Translations under genes and position numbers: made by a program
Notes under the pieces: generated by a model
The model's input: only the letters and a program-made list of their open reading frames with translations
What the model was told of the DNA's origin: nothing
Databases searched by the model: none
Shown here: positions 14,326 to 24,900 of the stretch, piece by piece
How positions within the stretch are numbered: the stretch's first letter is position 1
Layout of the letters: each line of letters opens with the position of its first letter
Assembly: GCA_043228905.1 (NCBI GenBank)
Contig: JBHGNT010000018.1
Location: forward strand, 4,774,001 to 4,838,000
Length of the DNA stretch: 64,000 nt
Direction: 5' to 3'
From: Azolla caroliniana
Taxonomy: Eukaryota; Plantae; Polypodiophyta

Positions 14326-15260
14326 CATAGTTACGCTCTCAAATCTTGCACCAACAAGAAATGACCACGTCTCTCGACTAAGTTTGCCCTAAGTCATATT
14401 TATACTAATATGACTTTTCAGCTATTTACAAATATAGCCCCGATGGACTCTCAGAAACATATTTACGAATATGTCCCTTCATCCGGTGGGCACTCCCCAT
14501 CGGGCCTGCATTATCCGGCGCTTGCCAGGCACACGTCATCCGGTTCTCACCGGGTCTACCGTTGCCGAGTACTCCACATCCGGTTTCGGCCTCGGCCGAG
14601 TTTGCTCATCATCACTGTTCTTTTCACTTCCCATCCGGAGGGACTTGTTTCCTAACAATATCATCTTCTGACACAATGTGGGGTGGGTGAGTCTATACTC
14701 TCAACTTCATTCAAAGATTTTTCACAAGAATGTGAGGTGTTCATGCCCTATCAAGTTGCAACAAAGGTCATCGATGTGGAATTCCACCCCTTTTAAGAGG
14801 TTCATGCAAAGATGTAGATGACATCTCTTCAAATACATACTTAGCATACGAGTGAGCATAATTGACATCTATTTATAAACAAATATACCAAATGATGTGT
14901 TCAAGGCCATCTTATGTTGGTCCTTTAAAGCCATTGCTATATGGTTATTACAAGAGAAACCTCTTGTGAAGCTATAGGCTTCTTTCCTCATCACGTTTTC
15001 TAGCAAATGCTCGATGTATAGGACTGATGAATGTTACGAATGGTGATGTTGACTCGTCAAATATGAATGCATATACATACCTTACCATTCCTTTAGCACA
15101 AAGAGAATAGGGAATACCCATGTTGTACATTTGATTTGAACATTTTCCAATTTCATCTGTAGCTTACTGGACATAATGTGGGTCCAAAGTCTTGCTCACA
15201 AAGCTTAAAATATGTTGGGAAATCTACTCATTCCACATTTTATGTGGGTTTAGATTTTCC
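12400..15260 (-). mobile_element. Degenerate Ty3/Gypsy pol remnant (RT, connection, integrase), interrupted by a solo LTR
   Basis: ORF fragments KWGIDFIG (integrase core), QAHFGRHGGHF (HHCC) and LQGFMGYMEYYRRFIKMFAVKARPLY (RT connection). HIVSED and xIDD-like RT sequence resumes to the right of 14662. An internal ~220-bp tandem duplication lies at 12792-13247. Confidence 0.8.
13987..14657 (-). mobile_element. Solo LTR (671 bp, Copia-like) with 5-bp TSD ATATC
   Basis: TG...CA ends (tgacagg/cctaaca), with ATATC at 13982-13986 and 14658-14662. Contains tttacgtggaaaaccc...aaaaccacgg, an internal (CT)n and a minus-strand TATAAAT near 14397-14404. Confidence 0.85.
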
Positions 15261-15444
15261 TACCTTAATTGAACTTTTAGGAGAAGTGTGTTGATGGCCA
15301 CTTCTAATAGAAAACATGCTACAAGTTTCTCTATTTTCGATGATTGGGTACACATACCCATTATTGTAATCAATTGTCCCAATTTTCTCTCTCTCTCTCT
15401 CTTTCTCTCTCTCTCCCCAATTTTCTCACTTCTTTACTTCATAT

Positions 15445-15537
15445 ATATCTCTTAATTCACTAGATGCCAATGTGGAATGTAGGGGTTGAACCCATGACCA
15501 CTTGGTCTCCATTGGGCAGCCTTACCAACTGAGCTAC
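15445..15537 (-). mobile_element. tRNA-derived SINE-like element, copy 1
   Basis: Minus strand gtagctcagttggtaagg (A box) ... ggttcaacccc (B-box-like). No acceptor-stem closure, so not a tRNA. Near-identical copy at 17692-17782. Confidence 0.65.
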
Positions 15538-15545
15538 ATCCATTT

Positions 15546-15598
<53 letters not shown>

Positions 15599-15629
15599 TA
15601 TGTCTCCCTTCTTTACAATTGAAGATATA

Positions 15630-17645
15630 TGCATAGGACTTAAGAAATTGTCCTCTCGAAAGGCAAGCGATCTTCAATGTATAAAGGTTTAAATGCTCAA
15701 ATGGACGGGAAAGGAAGCATATGTATGGATAAGAGATATGTTTAATGATGCATTGCAACATGGTATGTCGTATGATTGGACTACAAATTGAATCAAACCT
15801 TTACATAAAGGTGGAGATATAAATAATGTAAACAACTATCGAACCATCATGGTTGGCTCATTAATGGCAAAACTATTTGGAAATATAATGGAATCAAAGA
15901 TAAGTGTATGGGCTGAAAAAAATGGTAAGAGAGCTTATGGACAAGCTGGCTTTCGAAAACACCATACACCATTGATCACCTTGTCACCCTTCAAGTATTA
16001 ATGGAGGAAAGTCACCCTAGATGTAAAGATTTATATTGTTACTTTGTCGACTTTAAGAAAGCTTTTGATATCGTGCCTCGTGAGCATCTTTGGAGGCGAA
16101 TGGAAGAACTTGAGGTGCCAAGTGAATATATGCTTGCAATTTCCCGAATTTATGAGAAGGTTATATGCTGTATGCGTATGAGAGATAGACTTTCAGATTT
16201 TTTCAATAGCACTATTGGTGTTAAGCAAGGGTGCCCACTCTCACCAACACTATTTGGTCTACGCATTGATGAATTGAAAGAAATGGTTACCAAGTTTGCA
16301 AAGGAAGAACGTGTTGAAGAAGTTTCCATTGGGAATGTTATGATTATGCTTTTGCTATATGTCGATGATGTAGCGCTTTTTGCAAATACTTTAGGAGATG
16401 CACAAAAGGTTATGAAGGCATTGAAAAAAAATTGCATGCATACTAAATTAAGTGTCAATAGCTCTAAAACAAAGATTATTCTTGTGAAGAGCCAAAAAAG
16501 AGATAAACCATGCATTATGTACAACAATGAGCCACTCGAATGTGTGGAAAGCTTCAAATATCTTGGCCTTGAAGTTCCTTCAAATCATAGATGGAATGAC
16601 TATGCTACACACCGCTTAGAGGCGGGTAAGTGAGCATACTATGCATTTGAGAACACATGCAATCTTGGAGAAATTAAGTGTTGGGTCCTCAAGAAATATC
16701 TTTTTGACACTTTGGTGACACCGGTTCTTCTCTATGGGGTGGAAGTATGGGGCGATAGCATCCCTAAATCTACATGGAAAGAGTTTGAAAATGTCCAAAA
16801 ACAATTTCTTACAAAGTTTCTACAAGTTAAGAAACAAACGCCCTACACCCTCCTCCTTGAGACAGGATCGCTTCCCATTGAGATCATGGACATGGAAAAG
16901 GTTGTTGACTACATGCTTAAGGTTCAAAAAAGTCCCTCACATCGACTTCATAGAATTGCATGGGAAACAAGCAAAAAGATTCAAAAGACGCATAAAATCA
17001 AAATTTTGTGTTCCGATTGGATGCATATATAGAAAAATGGTTTTGGCAGATGGGATGTGAGACACTTGCTTTATGATGCATCAATAGATTCCTCTATAAA
17101 TGAGGCCTTTTTGCAACACCAATGTATCATGACATGGGACAAAGGTGGAGGCTCACGCTTCACACATTATACTACATATGTTGCACCTAACTACAAAACC
17201 ATATTCTTTACGGAACAAGGAAACCGTACACATCAATACATGTTAGAGGCTAGAGCCCATCCCATTATCTACCATTCGAACCATTGCTTCCATGCGACTT
17301 AGCTCACATTCATTGCGATATGAGATAGGGCGTTGGAGCACAAGTGATGAGAGTGGTCGACTATGCACACATTGCCCTAAACAAGTTCGTGAGTCTGAGT
17401 ATCACACTTTGATACAATGCTTTGCCTTTCATCATATTCGACCATGTTTTCCACATCTCTTCGACCGAGCCCAATCCTTGCACGATTTTCTTTCAGAACC
17501 ACAGTGTGCACTCTCGATTGCAACATTCATTGGTAAAGTTGTTGAACATCGAGCACTACTCACTTTCACACGTATCACGTGAAATGTAATATTTTTGGTC
17601 TCATAGGTCATACTTGACCTCCGAATACGATAATATAATCTATCT
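15630..17645 (+). mobile_element. 5'-truncated, frameshifted RTE-like LINE (RT and C-terminal region, 3' tail)
   Basis: NYRTI, QAGFR, FVDFKKAFD, GVKQGCPLSPTLF, LLYVDD, FKYLG, PVLLYGVEVWG and RLSSHSLRYEIGRW..C..C..E.E.H motifs; ends in an (AAT)n/(CTAT)n-like tail at ~17630-17650. Confidence 0.9.
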
Positions 17646-17691
17646 ATCTCTCTTTTATTGTAATTAGCTTATCCTAGTGGTAAGTTGTTAG

Positions 17692-17778
17692 ATATCTCTT
17701 ATTTCACTAGATGCCAATGTGGAATGTAGGAGTTGAACCCATGACCACCTGGTCTCCATTGGGCAACCTTACCAAATG

Positions 17779-17782
<4 letters not shown>
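17692..17782 (-). mobile_element. tRNA-derived SINE-like element, copy 2
   Basis: Near-identical to 15445-15537 and also abutting (CT)n. Confidence 0.65.
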
Positions 17783-17821
<39 letters not shown>

Positions 17822-18978
17822 TGAAATGAGTAATAAATGACGAAACCCTAATCACTCCATTTATATGAGGTCACCAACAAAACCCTTGAAACAACAAACT
17901 CAATCAACAATGTTAAGAGGTTAGTTTCACGATAAAAACACTAGCTTTCCTCTTTGTAATAGTTAATGGCATGATTATGCTTGATGACTTGATTTAGCAA
18001 ATGCAATGTGAGAAAGAAGCTGAAATGTTATGTTTTGATGTGTCCGTATTTGTTGATAAAAGATCACGTGAATATATCCGTGTATGCACATTTAAGTGTA
18101 TGTGTACATGTGTATAGAAAAGAATATTGTGTATTCCACATGCAATACGTACTCATGTTTGTGTGTAGTGATTATGTGAATGGATAGATATATGTGCTCA
18201 TGTGGTTACATGTATTACATTGGGCTTCTTTCTCTAGTTAAAGATTAGGGGGGAAAGGTAGAACTTTTGGAAATAGTTAAGTATGCAATTTATTGGTAAT
18301 TGAGAGGTATTTTGGGGAACATAAAGTTCCCCTTCCTCCCTTTTAGTTCATCGGTAGGTCTCTAAGTGTAACAAAAAAAGGGGTAAACTAGTGTTGAAGG
18401 GAGAAATTTTTGGGGTGTATGTGGAGGGCATAGGGTTCACCAAAGATGTCGTTAAATTCGAATTGGAGCATCGGGGAACTATACCAAGAAAGAACGCTTG
18501 TCAATGGCATTATCAAAGAAGAGTCGCAAGATTTGATGTGAAGCACCTACCAATTTGGCCTTCTTCAGACATTTGGCTTTTGGGGCAAATTAAAAACCAC
18601 AGTTAACATTTGGCCCCTTGTGTTACTAACTTCTATACAAATGAAAAATCATACAACTCCTCTATCCGACAAGTCTAAAATGGATAAATCCTTGAGATTG
18701 CCAATAACTAAGAGTTGTATAGCATAAACAAGGTTTCAAGACAAACAAGAGATATACGCATCAATGTATATAAGAAGCTTGAATTGAAGATGTGCATATA
18801 TGATTTCCCAATGCATAAAGCTAATTCAGCAATGTCAATCTGCATCTCAACATGGATTTTCTGGAGCAGGGCCAGAATTGAATTCAAGACACAGGTTGTG
18901 AAAGCCCCAACCACTGGGCCAGTGCAGGCCAATGCCCTTACACCCCCATTAACATCCTAGTGGGTGATATTTCAACTG

Positions 18979-21900
18979 CTATGTCAAACATGTTATAACA
19001 ACCTTACCGACTGTCAATCCACTCTGAAGACATCTTAATGCAGATTCAGCATTCTCAAACTCAAAAGTTTCCCCGACCAAAGGAGCATCGAGATTTAAAG
19101 AGGAGAGTTCCTGGAAGAGTACCTCTAGTTTTTCGGCTTTATCAAACATCCAGATCAAATTGAAAGCCTGCCATATGCATTGCAATATTAGTTTTAGTGG
19201 GGATGTTTTAATGATGAGGTATAGGAAAATAAAAAGAGAAATTTGGTAAGAGCTTACCATAACGCTTTTATTTTCACTCATCATTTTTAATGGATCCAAG
19301 ACAGGTCTCCTTATGTATTTCCATGCCAAAGCTAGCCAATTCGGAGAGTCACCAGATGGGGTCATGCTGGCCGCACCATACACTACATATCGTCCACCAC
19401 GTTGTCGTGAAGAAAACCGTCCATAGGCGGAATCGGCGCACCAAGGCGTGGGAACCGGTTCTTCACGCGCGCACGCTCCGAGTTGTACATAGAAACGAAT
19501 TGAGAGGATAATCGGCAGGAACGGGCCCTAACTCAAGTGGAGACAAAGACCGCGCGAACAGTCTTTTCGGTCGCGCGCGCGAACTGTACGAGTCGGCGGC
19601 GTAACTACGCGGATCCGTGAAAAACGGAGCGGATCCCTGTCCAAAAGGGACAGGGAATAAAGCTGACACGACGGCCTGTTCGTCGGCCTATATAAGGAGC
19701 GGGAAAGAGCTGTTGCAGGGATCTGGCGCGGAGAGGACGAAGTGCTGTCGGACCGTTTCTGGACGCTTCGCTCTCTCTGTTTCCTTCCTTCTTGAGCTCC
19801 AAAGCTTTCTGTGCAGGGTTCCGGGGAGGCTCGCGCTGTTTCGAGGAACGCCCGAGTGCTTCCGGCAGCACCTCCGACCTGCTACCCCCCCCCCATTTCC
19901 CCGTTTGTGCGTCGAAGCGAACAGGCATCGGCATCTGTTCGCCGGCCTGTTCGGTTGCAACCAACCTGTGCCCCATCGGGGGTTGTAGTCGTGTTAGCCA
20001 TTTTGTTAATACACATATTTAGTCATTCGCATCCGTCTGTGTCGGTGTCTGTTCGCGTTCTCCGTGCTGAAGGGCCGTGTCCCTGTGTATCCCCGGTCCT
20101 GCGTAGCCGGTTCTCTCTCTTTCTCCTCCCTCGCTTGCTCTTTGGTTCGAGACCCCCGCGGTCCCGCCTCTATTCCACACGCACTTGCGTAATATCTCGA
20201 CATCTTTGGTGAACCCGACGTGAAAGAGGCGGCAGAAGAGCAGAAGATGAGGGGGTCGGATCTCGCAGAGGCCATGGCTTCGGCCGTGGATCGGATCGTA
20301 AACGCGCGCGAGGGTACCGGTGCCCTCGACAGAGCTATTGAGGCGGTCGTCGGCACGATCGGCCGGTTCGATGGGAGGGATGCCACGAAGTATCTGGCGT
20401 CCTACGGTGCAGAAATGTTGATGCGGGACATTCCGGAAGAAAGGCGTCTTGCCGGTTTTCCCCGAGTGGCAATGCCGAGCATCCATGCGGAGGTGCTCGA
20501 GGTGCGGGCGGAGAGCCGTACCTGGGAGGAGTTCGAAGGTCGGCTCCTAGAGAAATACGGGCTGGACGACGCGCTCCGGCTTTCGAAGCGAAGGTTCATG
20601 GAATGGGTGGAGTTCCCGGGGAAGGGAAGAAACGCGTCGGCACTCCTCCGGGAGTTCGAGGAAAACTTTGCGCGCCTTTCGGCGCTCGACCGAACCATCC
20701 TGGACACGAGCCGGGTCTTGCTGTTTGTCAAGTCGGTCGACGAGCGGGATCGGGAGCAAGTGGGCCTCTTGCTGGAAACCGAAGACGGGCTCACTACCGA
20801 CTGGGCGGCTGTCAGGAAGGTCTGTGGCCGTTTCGACAAACGGCGAGAATGGGCGGATAACGGGGCGACTGGGTCGGGCTCGGTCGCAGCAAGGAAGCTC
20901 GAACCAGCGCCACAGGTGCGCAAGGAAGAGACCCGGGAGTGGTTGGAAACTGGTTCGGCTTCGACCGGCGTAGTCAGAGGCTCAACCGGAGGAGCGGCGC
21001 TGGAGGAATTGACGAAGGCGATAAAGGACCTCCAAATCGCGCAGGCCCGAAGGGAAGGAGGCGAACCGGCTCGTGACCGACGGCCGGCGGCAGGAAACAG
21101 GTGCATGTGGTGCGATGAAGTCGGCCACGTTCGGAAGGACTGCGGCGACTTCGCGGAGGCGCTGAGGGACCGGGTGGTGTACCTGTGGGAAGGACGGGTG
21201 CATGCCAGCGACACCCGAAGGGCCCTGAGCCGAAACGACGGAAAGGGTGGTATGAAAAGGTTGATGGAAGAGGCGGCGGCCCGACACGCGGAAACCGTCC
21301 ACTACTCGGCGTCGGCCGGCATTCGAGTCGGGGGCGGCGAGGCCCGAAAGGAAAGCAAAGCCGGATTCTGGCCGACGATGCTGGAAGGCCTTGCCGGTGC
21401 AGGGCTTAAAAGGGAGGAATCGGACCGTGCGGAGAAACGGGTACGGGAGATGACCGGGTGGAGCGACCCGGTCGAGGAAAGGACGGGCTTCGTGGAAGCC
21501 GCTTGCCGGAACTACGAGGCTCTGGTAGAAGAGAAGCGGGTGGGAAAACCCGGGACGACCGGGCCCTCACAACGATACGAGACCCGGTCCGGGCCACGAC
21601 GGGACGAAGCCGGCAGGGCCGGTACGCAAGATAAACCCCAGAAGGGCGGGTACCGTCTGGGGACGGAGATAGAAAGAACCACGGACTTACGAAAGGTCCT
21701 GGAGGAACGGATCCTCGACAGCAAGGTGGAGCTGTCGCTACGGGAGGTGCTTGGAATCGCCAAGAAGGAGTTCCACGACTCCATCGTGGACTTGGTGAAA
21801 CGGAAGAGGCTGTCAACGGAGACAGAACCGGAAAGACCGGTGGAAGTGCGGACGACGCACCTAGACGACATGGCGCTGGGAGACGAGTGGGCGGAAAGCC

Positions 21901-24900
21901 ACTATTCGAGACCGCACTGGGCCCGAGCGACCACGGAAACCCCGGTGAAGATCGGCGATGTCCAGGAACCGGTGATAGCTTTGGTGGACCACGGATCGGA
22001 GATCAATTTGATGTCCATGGACTTCTATAAGAAGGGCAAATGGCCGATCAACACCAAGCACGGGTGGAAAATAAGGGCAGCAACGCGCGCCACCGAGGAA
22101 CTGCACGGGGCATGTCCGAATGTGCGAGTCAAGATCGGCGACGTCGAGATTGACCAGCACTTCTTCGTGCAGGAGACGTCTTCGCATCCGGTCATACTGG
22201 GAGAGCCGTACATCACGGCGGCGCGAATGGAGACCAAGGTGCTGGACAATGGTTCGGCCTATGCGCGGGTCAAGAGCCAGGACGGCCGCCATTCGGTCCA
22301 GTTTTTGACGGTTAGGCCGAACCACGAGCGTAACCGCGACTCCCTCGGTTCCGATAACCGAGAGGATTTTTAGAGAGGGCTGCCAAGGCGTGGGGCCGCG
22401 ACAGTCCGGACACCCCGGGAAAACCCCACACCTGTACGATAAAACCGAAGAAACCTTGTACCATAGGTAGGGAATTTTTGTTCTCCGACAACGGAGCGTG
22501 TGCGATGGTCGGCATCGCCGGCCGAGAGAAAACAAAGACGGAGGCGAGACTTCGAGCGTGCGGAGTTCTCGGCCCGGACGAGGAAATCAACGGAGCCGTG
22601 GAGGCGGTCTCATTCGACGACACCTTGGGAATGCTTGGAAAGGTAGTCGAAGAAGGCCTTAACGACGACCGGACGATACCGGTGTGTTCCGAGGAGATGT
22701 ACGAAGTCATCGCGGACTTCGGTCGAGGGCTCGAGTCAGTTCGGACGGCCCACGTAAACACCAAGTACAAGACTGTGGACCGGAAGGTAAGGCCAGTAGC
22801 GGCACCCTTACCGGAGGACAGCGCGTCGAGAATCAAAGGGGTTGCATCAGACCCTAGTCTACGAGATCCGGCCTGCATAGGGCACACCTTCACTGACGAG
22901 ACGCTCCGAGAGCTCAAAATCGGTGGGGGCGGGTTCCTACTGCCGGCGGAGGAAGACCGGTTTCGGAGAATGCTCGGAAGGCACGGGAAAGCCTTCGCAT
23001 TCTCGCCGGAGGAAATCGGGTGCGTTGACCCGACGATCGTGGAGCCGATGGTGATATTCACGGTACCGCATGTACCATGGAATCTCAAGCCAATCCCGGT
23101 TCCGAGAGCTCACATCCCGAAGTTGATGGAGCTGCTGAGGCAGAAAGTTGATATGGGAATTCTCAAGCCGTCGAGCGCCCCATATTCGAATCGATGGTTT
23201 ACCGTACCGAAGAAAAACGGTTCGCTGCGCTTCATCCAGGACCTGCAGCCGGTCAATCGAGTGACCATTCGGAACGCAGGAATCGGACCGACCATAGACG
23301 AGTTCGCGGAGGCCTTCGCCGGAAGGTCAATTTACTCGGTCGGGGATCTATACTCAGGGTACGACCAGTTCCAGCTGGCCGTGGAGAGCAGAGACCTTAC
23401 GACGATGCGAACTCCCCTCGGCCTAGTTCGGATGTGTACACTGCCGCAAGGAGGGACCAACTCGGTGGCCCACATGGTGAATGCGATGAACAAGGTTCTG
23501 AGGGACTGTGTCCCGGACATTACCATGCCGTTTCTGGACGACATCCCGATCAAGGGATGCCCGGTGGAAGAAAAGGACGAGACGATCGGGCCGGACGGAT
23601 GCCGGCGATTCGTGGCGACGCACGTCGACGACTGCGAGAAGGTGCTGCAAAGGCTAGAGGATGCGAGACTCACCTTCTCCGGGGAGAAGTCGGCCTTCGG
23701 GCAGTCAGAAATCATGGTGGTCGGACACCTGTGCGGACCATATGGCCGGAAACCGTCTCCGGCGAAGGTAGAAGCCATCTCCGCGATGAAGCCCGACTGC
23801 AGCTCGGTCACGGAAGTACGGAGATTCCTGGGGGCATGCGCGTTCTACCACATATGGATCCCGCATTACGCACACGTCGTGGAGCCACTGTACGGGTTGC
23901 TGAAAAAGGGGCGAAGGTTCGAATGGCTAGACAAGCACGCGGAATCGGTCCGGAAGCTGAAAGAGGCCCTTGCAGCGGCACCGGCACTCCGGAAGGCGGT
24001 TTACGGGAAGGGTACCCCGGTATTCATAACGGTGGATACCAGTCCGACCGGGATCGGATGGGTCGTGAACCAGGAAGACGAGGACGGCAATCGGTTTCCG
24101 AACCGATTCGGCGCGAAAGTCCTCAGTGAACGGCAGCGAGGGTACGCCCAGGTTAAACGCGAACTCTGGGGTATTGTTTCGGCGGTTAAGGCCGACAAAG
24201 ACTACCTGATAGGGACGGAAGTGATCATCGAGACGGATTGCCTGCCGATTCTCGGTATGGTTTCCGGATGCGCGACTCCGGACCTGGCGATGCTCAGGTG
24301 GATAGCGTACATCAAGTCCCTGGACCCGGAAATACGACACATTTCCGGGAAAGACAACGCCATGGCCGACATGCTTTCGAGGGCGAGGTTCGACGACGAG
24401 GGCGGCATGGTTTCGGAAGACGAAGAAGTCGGCGTGGATTTCTTCGAGGCGGCATACATAACGACCGACGGGATGAGCACTCCGGCGCTTAACGAGTTCG
24501 ACGCGAGCAAGTACGACGGGGAATGGCTGCAGATCGGCGGGTTTTTGAAGACGATGACGCCCGATGCGTCATGGACGAAGGACGAGGCCAACCGGATCCG
24601 GAAGAAAGCATATCGATTCTTTCTCCGAGATGGGCATCTATGGAAGCACCCGAAGAAGAGGGACGGCGTCCCGCTCCGAGTGGTGGCGATGAAGGAAGAA
24701 CAGGAGGAACTGCTGACGGCCTACCACGACAGCCCTTGGGCTGGACACCGTGGAACATGGGCTACGTTTGAGAAACTAAAGGGGAAGTATTGGTGGCCGG
24801 GGCAGTACCGGGACGTGCATCGGTTCGTGACAACTTGCGGGAGCTGTCAGATGCACTCCATAGTCCGACATCGGGACGAGCTTCACCCCACGTACCCTCC

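Noticed and set aside
15445-15537. Possible tRNA gene (also 17692-17782, ~40690-40755, ~41790-41860)
   Set aside because: A/B-box-like motifs are present but there is no complete cloverleaf; treated as SINE-derived.
19611-19619. GGATCCGTG in the LTR matches the 5' end of tRNA-Trp
   Set aside because: Only 9 nt, in sense orientation, in GC-rich DNA; compatible with chance.
19463-20212. ORFs within the LTRs (123, 133 aa etc.)
   Set aside because: Duplicated only because the LTRs are; no domain signal.
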